Source: Mobula hypostoma
Taxonomy: Eukaryota
DNA length: 64,000 nt
Assembly (NCBI RefSeq): GCF_963921235.1
Contig: NC_086097.1
Location: 171,060,001-171,124,000, forward strand
Direction: 5' to 3'
Position numbers and translations under genes: made by a program. Positions 13,398-24,507 of the stretch are shown here, in pieces. The notes below the pieces were generated by a model. That model was not told where the DNA came from, ran no database searches, and was given only the letters and a program-made list of their open reading frames with translations. Position 1 is the stretch's first letter. Every line of letters begins with the position of its first letter.

Positions 13398-15775
13398 ATG
13401 AATGATTATATTGCTGAAGCACTACAACATGGCTTCAATCACCTATCCCAGTCCCCAGCTGCTGCAGTTTTATCCTTTGTCAAAAAGCATGAAGGGAATC
13501 TTCGGCCCTGCATTGACCACTGTGGACTTAACAAAATCACCATCAAGAGCTGCTACCCTCTTCCCTTGATAGATAGCTCACTCGAACACTCCACAGGGCC
13601 CATATCTTCATGAAACTGGATCTATGGAGCACATACAACTTGATCCACATTTGCTAGGGGACGAGTGGAAGATGGTGTTCATAATTTGCCACTATGAATA
13701 CTGGGTCTTGCCTTTCAGACTGTCCAATAGTCCAGCCATTTTCCAAGCCTTCAGCAATGAAATTCTCCAAGACATGCTACACAGGTATGTGTTCATTTAC
13801 TGGATAACATCCTCATCTTCTCCAAGAACCCCAAGCCCATGTCTGTCACTTTGGTCAATCCTTCAGCACCTCCTCAAAAACCAACTGCACTGCAAGTTAG
13901 AAAAATGTCACTTCCACATCCCAGTTATCTCTTTCCTGTGTTATGTCCTTTCAGCCCAAGACATCAGCTATGGACACGGAGGACGAGCGTGCCATTGTTG
14001 AATGGCTCCAACTGTGCTCCCTCAAACAGCTGCAATTTTTCTCCAAGTTATACCTTGGGTTCATCAGAAACTAAAGCTCCTCTCACCACCCTCACTAAGT
14101 CACCTACCTCACAGATAGCCTGCTCTGTTGCCACAGACCACACTTTCAAGGAGCTCAAGTGATGCTTCACCACTGCTCCCATCCTCCGCTACCTGAAACT
14201 CATTGGACTTTTTGTGGTAGAGGTGGACGGATCTGACGTGAGTGCCGGGTCTTTCCTTTCCCAATAAGGATTGGATGAAAAGACACACCCTTGTGCCTTC
14301 TTCTCGCGCAAGTTGAACTCTACACCGTACCGATACAAAGTAGCAGATGGAGCTACTCGCAATCAAGTGGGCCCTGGAGGAATAGAGACATTGGCTGGTG
14401 GGGAACATTGGCCTCGTCCAGATCTGGACTGGCTACCAGAATTTCATATCCATTCAACAGACCTGCAAATTCAACCCATGTTGGATTCTCTAGGCCTTAT
14501 TCTTCAAGCAAGTCAACTTCATCATCTCCTATTGATCCCGATCCAAGAACACTAAGGCAGACACAAAGTCATTATAGTACGACCAAACTGAAAATGAAAT
14601 CGATCCTCAGCCCATCATTTCATTTTCTCAGATCCAGCCCCATTCGTTGGGGACCTTGAGAACTAGATCTGCCAGGCCCTACAGCACAAGCCTGCTCTGG
14701 CAGACACGCTGGACAACCACATACTTGCCAGTGACTGTGCAGTCTGAGCAACTCCAGTAGTTCCACTCCTCAGCCCTCTCTGAACATTTAGGCACATGAT
14801 GGCCTCTGGATTTTCTGCAACACCTGTTCTGGTGGCCGACTACGATCGCAGTTTGTTGCTGTCCCTGCTGGACCCTCGATGCTCATGGTCCCATATCACC
14901 ATGGGGTTGCCTCCTTCTGATGGGCCCTGGTGATCACGACAGTGATGGACTGGTTCTTCAATGTGGCCCATTTCATTGCTCTCCACAAACTTCTGTCAGC
15001 CATTGAGATAGCAGACCTGTTTCCCCAACATGTAGGTCACCTCCACAGCTTCCCCCAGGACATTGTTCTGGACTGAGGCCTACAATTCATTTCCCACTTC
15101 TAATGAGCCTTCTGCTCCCTCCTCCCCACCTCAGTGAGTTTGGCCCAAGGCTATCATCTGCAGGCCTATGGTCAGTCAATCACAAAGTGGAGAAGTTTCT
15201 ACAATGCTTCGCTTCCTCAAACCTTTCCACATGGAAGAAGTTTAGCTCTGAGCTGAGCTGTTCCACGATCTACACACCTCTTCTGCCACAGGTATGTCAC
15301 CCATTGAAGTGCTTCATGGCTACCAATCCCCATTATTCCTCACAGAGGAACAAGTGGTGGAAGTTCAGTCTACCAGGACCGGGTCCTGGTTCGCTGCTGA
15401 AGAGGAAAGGAGGGCCATCCTAGGTACTTGCTGCATCTAGCCAGACTTCTCCAGCCTGGGGAGCATATCTGGCTGTCCACCTGAGATCTGTGCCTGTGTA
15501 CTGACTTCCACAAGTTCATTGGTCCCTTCAAGATTACCCATCACATCAATGCAGTCAGTTATTGTCTCCAGCTGCCATTGTCCCTTAGTGTCACACCTAC
15601 CTTCTACATATCCTGCCTCAAATCCATTGTCCATGGAACACTCAACTCACCTGAGTCTAAACCTCTAACGCCCAAGATGGTGGAAGGCAATCCAGTGTAC
15701 TCGATTTGCCAGTGGACAGATTCATGTCAGCATGAATGGTGTATGCAGTACCTGGCCATGGCCTGGCCATAGAAG
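13398..15775 (+). pseudogene. Gypsy pol remnant (RT-RNase H-integrase-chromodomain), many frameshifts and stops
   Basis: SPAAAVLSFVKKHEGNLRPCIDHCGLNKITIK..YPLPLI; HYEYWVLPFRLSNSPAIFQ; HPCAFFSRKL; VYSI...MQYL..W. Confidence 0.9.
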
Positions 15776-15784
15776 AGCGTTTCC

Positions 15785-16099
15785 TGTCTAGACTGCACAA
15801 GCAGGCTCTTCCCAGTCTCCACCCAGCTAACAAGAGTCACCTGCCACTCATTTCCAACTCAGCACCTGCAGCCTATTTAAACCCAACTCTCCTCCACAGT
15901 CCTTGTTCATTCATTTGAACCAGCCAGCCTTAACCAATTGCTCTTATCCTTCAATTACCTTGTTGCCTGTGAGGTAAGTATCTGATCCCTCTTGTTTTGT
16001 GGCTCCTGTGGCTTGTTATTTTGCAGTTGATTATTGTAGTTATTACTCCTGCTAAATCTGCTCTGCTTTTGGGTCAAGCATGCTCCACATTTCCTGACA
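15785..16099 (+). repeat. 3' LTR (315 bp)
   Basis: TGTCTAG...TTTCCTGACA followed by the ACAAA TSD. Confidence 0.9.
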
Positions 16100-16638
16100 A
16101 CAAAAGCCTGAAAACAAGTACCACCAAGCTCATGGACAGCTTCTGTCCCACTATTGTAAGGCTATTAAATAGTTGCCTTGTGCAATAAAATGGCTTTGAC
16201 CTCACTATCATGACCTTAATCTTATTGTCTGCCTGCACTGCATTTCTCTGTAGGCTGCATTTTGTTATTGTTTTATCCTGCACTACCTTGATGCACTGTA
16301 GGAATGAACTAATCTGTGTAAAAGGCATGCAAAACAAAAATTTTCACTCTATTTCAGTTCACTCAAACTCCACAGAACACTACCTCACATAGTTTTGACT
16401 TGTTACAAAGTGGTCATTCAATTCTTAATTGTTATTTATGAAAATGACAAAAATTCATTCTAAACATCACTTAAGGCTTCTCAACAGCAGCCATCATTAC
16501 AGTAAACATTCAATCAGCCAATGCGAACGCTATACATACACACTGAGCCTATCACAGCCAATCACATATTAGTTCATGCTCTGCCTTTCCAATGAGTGTA
16601 ATCGTTCTTGCCAATTTATTCCATTTTTCTCACCCATA

Positions 16639-16983
16639 ATGTCTAGAAAACGGCCTGCAACTTCCAGTGAGTGTAGTACATCTAAGATGTCCAGGAAAAG
16701 CATTAACATAGATGTGAAACTGCAAGTGATACGGCGTTTGGAAGCTGGTGAGCATCAGATTGACGTTGGTGCCTTTTTGAAATTTGCAATGTTCATTGAT
16801 AATGACCCTGACTGGGAGCGAAGCAATAAGGCAAAGAGAGGTGTGCTCGACAGGATTTCCTGCTATCGAGAGCTGCTTCATGAGAGGAAACTAAAGCAAA
16901 GGCAGTCAAATATCGACGCCTACTTGAAGAAGAAGCCAAAGGTAGAGGAGGACCCACAGCCTGGACCCTCCTCTAAGCTGTAA
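16639..16983 (+). CDS. 114-aa mini-ORF: Tigger-type N-terminal HTH (psq/CENP-B-N-like) fused in frame to the transposase C-terminal tail; no DDE domain
   Basis: MSRKRP...RKSINIDVKLQVIRRLEAGE then DNDPDWERSNKAKRGV..ISCYRELLHERK..RQSNIDAYLKK; expression unknown. Confidence 0.55.
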   Translation: MSRKRPATSSECSTSKMSRKSINIDVKLQVIRRLEAGEHQIDVGAFLKFAMFIDNDPDWERSNKAKRGVLDRISCYRELLHERKLKQRQSNIDAYLKKKPKVEEDPQPGPSSKL

Positions 16984-17151
16984 CCACCGCCTGCTTCCCC
17001 CGCTGCCGCTGCGATGTGTTGATCCTCCATTGATGTACAGGTTAGGCCTATTTGCGAGTAGTGTTTGTTACTCAACAAATTACTGTGTATACGTGAAATA
17101 ATATATCATACATCTCAGGTTTGTTTTTTTAAAAAAATCAGGCACACATGT

Positions 17152-17925
17152 CCAAAGGTTTCAAAGGTACATTTAATGTCAGTGAAATGTATACAATATA
17201 CATCTTGAAATGCCTTTTCTTCGCAACCATCCAAGAAAACAGAGGGGTGCGCCAAAGAATGAATGACAGTTAAGTGTTAGAACCCCAAAGTCCCCACCAG
17301 CTCCCCTCCCTCCTGCATGTAAGCGGCAGCAAGCCACAATCCCCCCCTCCCTCTACGGGCAAAAAAAGCATCGGCACTCGCCACCGAGCACTTAAGCATG
17401 CAGCAAAGACACAGACTTGCAGTAACCCCAAAGACTTCGTGTTTCACCCGGTATTCGACATACCTAATAATGGAGAAAGAGGTGTCTCCATTTTCACAGC
17501 GGACGGGGAGACATAACAAACAACTCATTGGTTTACGATGTTAGAAGTTCATTACATCACTTTTTTTTCGAGCTCTGTGCCCAAAGACCTGGGCAAACAG
17601 CTGTACATATACCGACTCCCCCGATGACACACAGGTCTCCTGCCGTGACTCCGACCTTCGATCTGCCTGTCTTCAGAGCCCTGACATCCTAGGCCTCCAA
17701 AGCTGAGTCAGACTCTTAGGCTGAGCCCTTGGCGTGCCGGACAACAATGGCTGGTTATGAAACCCCAAGAGCGGGTCCCATTCCCATAAAGAACCGTAGT
17801 CAGTGTGTAACTCCAGGTTAGCATCTTCAAAAGAACCCTGGAAGGAAAAAAAATATTAAAGATGGAAACAGAGCTGTTTCCGAAGATGCAAGTGAAGGAG
17901 TCACTGTTTTTAACGCCATCACTCT
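17152..17925 (-). mobile_element. Non-autonomous non-LTR element (about 0.8 kb, Rex/Babar-like tail), copy 1
   Basis: Collinear with 18945-19760; (TTTGAA(A)CC)-type 3' tail; 5' end contains GATGGCG. Confidence 0.7.
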
Positions 17926-18944
17926 GCTCAGCCTTCCATTTGCGTAATGTTATAATGACCCTGCATAGCGCTGAGTTACATAGTGCTCCACCTCCGAGGA
18001 ACACATCCTCAGCATTAAGCGGGGGCTGGGTGTGCATGTATGTGACAATAATAAATTTGTTTACCAACATCGCACCAAATCCCAACAAGTCCCTAGAGAA
18101 GGAGAGAAGGAAAATTTGGGATGGTGTTGGTTGTTGGGACCATTCAGAAATTCAGTGTAAACAGAAAGGAATTCTCCTCCGCATGTGCCTGTTCCATCAA
18201 CTACCTCTTGTGGAAGGTTCTGTCGTAGCCACAATGACCTCATTTGCAATCCTAAGTAACTGGAGAGGAAGCAGGTAATCCTATATCCCAAGGAATCATT
18301 TAGGAAGAACATGTGCAGAGAAAACCACACACAATTTCACATAATCAGGTTATTGGAAATTAATCTTGTTCCACCATTTCAGAATCGGAATCTTCTGCTT
18401 GAAGATTCGTGCAATCAATGATTGGATTCAAATATGCTCAATGACTCTTGTAGCAAGTTCAGAATTTCAAATACTCTCTGGGTGAGAAAGTTTTTCCTGA
18501 GCTTCCCATTGGATTTATTAGCAACCACCTTATTTTCCTGGCCCCCAGCTGTGGATTCACCTTAAAATGTTTCTGTCAAATCTGTCAATCCTGTTTTCTA
18601 ATTGCCCCTCAGACTTTTTCTGTTTTTTCATTCTACCCTGACACATCTAACTTCCCAACACAGGTGCTGTTCTAATCAGTCTTTTTTTGCCTTGTTCGTT
18701 GTCCATGAAATCAGCCAGTCCCCTTCTCACTTTCCCAGGTGGTACTGTCAGGTTTCACTCATTACTCTAGTAAAGGAGTGACCCTTAACTTGGGCTTATT
18801 TTTACCCAGGCACTAGCTGGCACTGTTTAAAATTTCCTTCAGAACAAAAGAATGTTTAATTTAAGACTCTGCCTGGCTCTCTTCAATGAAGCTATTAAAT
18901 CGTGCAGGGTCATTTTATCAAGTTTCTTTCAGTAATCTTAATTC

Positions 18945-19760
18945 AAAGGTTCAAGGTTCAAAGGTCATGTTTAATGTCAGAGAAATGTGTACAATGTACA
19001 TCCTGAAATACTTGTTCTTCGCAAAATATCCACAAAAACAGAGAAGTGCCCTAAAGAATGAACGACAGTTAAATGTTAGAACCTCAAAGTCCCCCCCCCA
19101 CGTAAGCAGCAGTGAGCAACGATCCCCTCTCCCCTGATCAGCAAAAATAAATGCGCACCGGTACAATCACCGAGCCCAAGCGTGTGCTAAGCGATAGCAA
19201 AGATACAGACCTTGCAATTACCCCAAAAGCTTCGCATTTCATCCGAATTCGACAACCCACAGGTTCTCTCTCTCTTGAATTCGACAACCCACAGGCAAGG
19301 GAGAGGTAGGTGTCCCACAGCGAGCGGGAGACATAACAACAATCCGCTGGTTTACCATCTTAAAAGTCGTTTTGTTGCTTTTTTTGAGCTCTGTGTCCGA
19401 AGATCGCAAAGACCTCAGGTTTTCAGGCCCACAGCGAAAGATTTTCCGGCCTCCCTGACGGCACATGAGTCTCCGGCTGTGACACTGACTCTTGATCACA
19501 GCCCCGAGCTCTTAGGCTTCTGAACACGATCAAGATTCTCAGGCCAAACCCCTGGCATGTTGAATAGCGGCCAGCCGTGGAACCTCGAGAAAGGTTCCCA
19601 TTCCCACAAAGAAACGAAGCCTGCGTGTAACTCCAGGTCAGAGTCTTCAAAAGAGCCCTGAAAGGAAAAAAATAAAGATATTAGAGGTAGAAATAGCGCT
19701 GTTTCCAAAGGTGCAAGTAAAGGAGTTGCCATTAGGTGCCATCATTCCCCCTAAGCTTCA
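18945..19760 (-). mobile_element. Non-autonomous non-LTR element, copy 2
   Basis: Collinear with 17152-17925. Confidence 0.7.
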
Positions 19761-19949
19761 GGGTACAAATCAGCATGGGATTGGACACCATTTAAGATAG
19801 ACTATTAAAACACAGCAGGTCTTAAATGTATCAAGAAATACCTCTGATGCAAGGAATGTCACTTTGGGCAGAAAGAGGAGACTATTCTTCATTCAAAGGG
19901 TGGTGAATCTTTTGAAATGGAACATAGAGCAATATAGCACTGAAAATGA

Positions 19950-20240
19950 AGTGCCGTAGTGTAGTGGTTACTACAACGCCCCAGGAATTGAGAGTTCAAT
20001 CCGGACCTTCTCTATAAGGAGTCCCTGTGGAATGTGGGGATTTTCTCCGGGTCCTCCTGTTTCCTCCCACAGTCCAAAGATATACTGGGTAGGAAAATTG
20101 ATCATTGTAAATTGCCCTTTGATTAGGTTATGGTTAAAATGGGATCGTCTGGGGTTTCCAGGCGGTGTGGCTCAAAGGATCAGAAGGACCCTATTCCGCT
20201 GTGAATCTCTAAATACAGTATAGTAAAATAAAATAAAATT
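19950..20240 (+). mobile_element. tRNA-derived SINE (V-SINE-like core)
   Basis: A-box-like TAGTGTAGTGG, B-box GAGTTCAATCC, core GGATTTTCTCCGGGTCCTCCTGTTTCCTCCCACAGTCCAAAGA, (TAAAA)n tail. Confidence 0.7.
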
Positions 20241-20908
20241 GCCCTTTGGCCCATGGCATTTTGCCAAACTAATTAAACTAACGACACTTTAATCCTAGCT
20301 GCCTTCTCATGATCTATATCCCTCCATTCTTTGTATATTTATGTCTTTATCTAGGAGCCTCTTACATGCCTTTGTCATATGTACCTCCATCATCCACTCT
20401 GGCAGTTCATTCTAGGCATCTATTACCAGCTAAAGAAATACTCAGTACATCTCCTTTGAACTTGCCCCCCATCACATAATGTATTAGCCCAAGTGTATTA
20501 GATATTTCAACCCTGAAAACAGATTCTCACTGTGCCTCTCCTAATTTTATAAACCTCTATCAAGCCTGCTCAAACTACGTCAGCTTTACTTTAGCCAACT
20601 CTGCTTATAGCTCATACCCTAATCCAGACAACATTGAGGTAAACATCTCTTGCACTGTCTTCCAAATAATGGAATTAGAACAGGAAAATTATGTTGAGGT
20701 AAACAATCAGCTGTGATCTTATTGACTGGCAAAGGGGGCCAAAAGTGTCTCTCCTGCTCCTGTTATGTTAGTAATGGTATTGGCTCGTTATTTTTAAGTG
20801 TGCTGATATACAATGGAAAGCTTTTGTCCGCATGTCAGATCAAGCTGTACCATAAGTAGCTCAAGGTAGTAAAAAAAATATAAAATATGGTGTTGCAGTT
20901 ACAGAGGA

Positions 20909-23454
20909 AGTGCAGTGCAGTTAGTCAAATCAAGTTCAGTGCAGTCGGACAAATCAAGTGCAGTGCAGTCAGACAAATCAAGTTCAGTGCAGTCGGACAA
21001 ATCAATTTCAGTGCAGTCAGACAAATCAAGTGCAGTGCAGTCAGACAAATCAAGTTCAGTGAAGTCGGACAAATCAAGTGCAGTGAAGTTGGACAAATCA
21101 AGTGCAGTGCAGTCAGATAAATCAAGTGCAGTGCAGTCAGATAAATCAAGTGCAGTGAAGTCGGACAAATCAAGTGCAGTGCAGTCAGATAAATCAAGTG
21201 CAGTGCAGTCAGACAAATCAAGTGCAGTGAAGTCAGACAAATCAATTTCAGTGCAGTCAGACAAATCAAGTGCAGTGAAGTCAGACAAATCAAGTGCAGT
21301 GAAGTCAGACAAATCAATTTCAGTGCAGTCAGACAAATCAAGTGCAGTGCAGTCAGACAAATCTAGTGCAGTGCAGTCAGACAAATCTAGTACAGTGAAG
21401 TCAGACAAATCTAGTACAGTGAAGTCGGACAAATCAAGTTCAGTGAAGTCAGACAAATCAAGTGCAGTGCAGTCAGGGAAATCAATTTCAGTGCAGTCAG
21501 ACAAATCTAGTGCAGTGAAGTCAGACAAATCAAGTGCAGTGAAGTCAGACAAATCAATTTCAGTGCAGTCAGACAAATCAAGTGCAGTCCAGTCAGACAA
21601 ATCTAGTGCAGTGCAGTCAGACAAATCTAGTACAGTGAAGTCAGACAAATCTAGTACAGTGAAGTCGGACAAATCAAGTTCAGTGAAGTCAGACAAATCA
21701 AGTGCAGTGCAGTCAGGGAAATCAATTTCAGTGCAGTCAGACAAATCTAGTGCAGTGAAGTCAGACAAATCAAGTGCAGTGAAGTCAGACAAATCAATTT
21801 CGGTGCAGTCAGGCAAATCAAGTGTAGTGAAGTCAGACAAATCAATTTCAGTGCAGTCAGACAAATCGTGCAGTGCAGTCAGACAAATCAAGTGCAGTGC
21901 AGTCAGACAAATCTAGTGCAGTGCAGTCAGACAAATCAAGTGCAGTGAAGTCAGACAAATCAATTTCAGTGCAGTCAGACAAATCATGTGCAGTGCAGTC
22001 AGACAAATCAAGTGCAGTGCAGTCAGACAAATCTAGTGCAGTGAAGTCAGACAAATCAAGTGCAGTGAAGTCAGACAAATCAATTTCGGTGCAGTCAGGC
22101 AAATCAAGTGTAGTGAAGTCAGACAAATCAATTTCAGTGCAGTCAGACAAATCGTGCAGTGCAGTCAGACAAATCAAGTGCAGTGCAGTCAGACAAATCT
22201 AGTGCAGTGCAGTCAGACAAATCAAGTGCAGTGAAGTCAGACAAATCAATTTCAGTGCAGTCAGACAAATCATGTGCAGTGCAGTCAGACAAATCAAGTG
22301 CAGGGCAGTCAGACAAATCTAGTGCAGTGAAGTCAGACAAATCAAGTGCAGTGAAGTCAGACAAATCAATTTCGGTGCAGTCAGGCAAATCAAGTGTAGT
22401 GAAGTCAGACAAATCAATTTCAGTGCAGTCAGACAAATCATGTGCAGTGCAGTCAGACAAATCAAGTGCAGTGCAGTCAGACAAATCAAGTGCAGTGCAG
22501 TCAGACAAATCAAGTGCAGTGAAGTCAGACAAATCAAGTGCAGTGAAGTCAGACAAATCAATTTCAGTGCAGTCAGACAAATCAAGTGCAGTGCAGTCAG
22601 ACAAATCAAGTGCAGTGCAGTCAGACAAATCAAGTGCAGTGCAGTCAGACAAATCAAGTGCAGTGAAGTCAGACAAATCAAGTGCAGTGAAGTCAGACAA
22701 ATCAATTTCGGTGCAGTCAGGCAAATCAAGTGTAGTGAAGTCAGACAAATCAATTTCAGTGCAGTCAGACAAATCAAGTGCAGTGCAGTCAGACAAATCA
22801 AGTGCAGTGCAGTCAGACAAATCTAGTGCAGTGCAGTCGGACAAATCTAGTGCAGTACAGTCAGGCAAATCAAGTGCAGTGCAGTCAGACAAATCAAGTG
22901 CAGTGAAGTCGGACAAATCAATTTCAGTGCAGTCAGACAAATCAAGTGCAGTGCAGTCAGACAAATCAAGTGCAGTGCAGTCAGACAAATCTAGTGCAGT
23001 GCAGTCGGACAAATCTAGTGCAGTACAGTCATGCAAATCAAGTGCAGTGAAGTCAGATAAATCAAGTGCAGTGAAGTCAGGCAAATCAATTTCAGTGCAG
23101 TCAGACAAATCAAGTGCAGTGCAGTCAGACAAATCTAGTGCAGTGCAGTCAGACAAATCTAGTGCAGTGCAGTCGGACAAATCTAGTGCAGTACAGTCAG
23201 GCAAATCAAGTGCAGTGAAGTCAGATAAATCAAGTGCAGTGAAGTCAGGCAAATCAAGTGCAGTGAAGTCAGATAAATCAAGTGCAGTGCAGTCAGGCAA
23301 ATCAAGTGCAGTGCAGTCGGACAAATCAAATGCAGTGCAGTCGGGCAAATCAAATGCAGTGTAGTCAGGCAAAACAACTGCAGTGAAGTCAGACAAATCT
23401 AGTGCAGTGAAGTCGGACAAATCAAGTGCAGTGAAGTTAGACAAATCAAGTGCA
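20909..23454. repeat. 24-bp minisatellite, about 105 units, consensus AGTGCAGTGCAGTCAGACAAATCA, with higher-order repeats
   Basis: Directly visible tandem array; 240-bp and 286-bp super-periods. Confidence 0.98.
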
Positions 23455-23594
23455 AGAACCACGACAAAGATCCGAAAGAAAGCAGGAAGTAATACGTATT
23501 TTATTCTGTTGCACCATAAATAGTTTTAATTCAAATTGATGATAACTGAAATAGATTTTAGCAGAAATTTAAAGTGTAAGGATCAGTGTAATTT

Positions 23595-24030
23595 ATAGAA
23601 TCACAGATTTACAGCACAGAAACAGGCCCTTTGAACCGTCTAATCTGTGCCGACCTGGTCTCTGCCTACATCGACCTACACCTGGCCACAGCCCTCCATA
23701 CCTCTCTGATCCGTGTACTTATCCAAGCTTCTCTTAAGTTTCACAACTGAACACACATAAACAACTTCCACTGGCATCTTGTTCCACACTCGTACCACCC
23801 CTCAGATTCCTCTTAAATATTTCCCATTTCACGCTGCAGCTATGATCTCTAATTTTAGTCTCACACAACCTGTAAGGAAAAAGCCTGCAAGCATCCACCC
23901 TATCCATGGCCTCATAATTGTACACCTCTATAAGATCTCCCCTCATTCTCCTGCACTCCAGGGAATGAAGTCCGAACCTATGAAACTTTTCCCTATAACT
24001 CAGGTGCTAAAGTCCAGGCAACATCCTTGT
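23595..24030 (-). mobile_element. CR1 LINE 3' end
   Basis: MRGDLIEVY...DRVDACRLFP on the minus strand. Confidence 0.75.
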
Positions 24031-24507
24031 TTTATCACACCTAGGGTGTTACGTCTCTATCCTACTCGAAAAACAGAATCTCCACTACTTAATGCTTAAA
24101 TAACAATGGATTTTGTGTTTCATTATTCGATCTTGATGCTTCAGAACACCGTTGAGAAAATTCACTAGAAGGACTGCAGCAGAGGAGAGTGTGGCTCATG
24201 GCCATTTTTTCATGTGGTACTTTATGGGAGGGTATTAAATTCTGGTTTTGATTCCAAGAGAAGGGGCCAGGAAATCCATGCAGAATCACAAAACAATTAC
24301 AGCTAATGAGGAACACATTCTGCCCATGTGTCCTAATCTGCTCAATGTAAGAGCAATTTAGCCGCTCCCAATTCCTGTCTTCTCCCCATTGCTTACAAAT
24401 TATTTTCATTCAGATATTGTCCCTTTACAAGCTCCAGTTGAGTTTGTCTCCACTGGCTGTGCATCCAAATCTAAACTATGAACAGTATAACCAAGTTTCT
24501 CCCAATC

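Larger units (their letters stand above)
11849..16099 (+). mobile_element. Full-length degenerate Ty3/Gypsy (chromovirus-type) LTR retrotransposon
   Basis: Two homologous LTRs with TG...CA ends; ACAAA TSD at 11844-11848 and 16100-16104; gag EPMQLG and Cys-knuckle remnant, protease LVDSGTAGN (12951), RT, RNase H, integrase with KFIGPFKI, chromodomain remnant. Confidence 0.93.
16360..18032 (+). mobile_element. Internally deleted Tigger/pogo-type DNA transposon, interrupted by a minus-strand non-LTR element; ends approximate
   Basis: Transposase N- and C-terminal motifs in ORF 16639-16983; right end GCATTAAGCGGGGGCTGGGTG is TIR-like but the left match is weak (about 12/21); the host LINE tail resumes on both sides. 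Confidence 0.6.

Noticed and set aside
20909..23454. CRISPR-like array
   Set aside because: No unique spacers, no cas genes, eukaryotic context
20899..23462. Long ORFs (330-439 aa) of (TALDLSDC)n, which looks LRR-like, and (SDKSSAVQ)n
   Set aside because: They result from a stop-poor 24-bp unit and are open on both strands; 22-bp units break the frame; the unit derives from a LINE UTR; an 8-aa period is not an LRR
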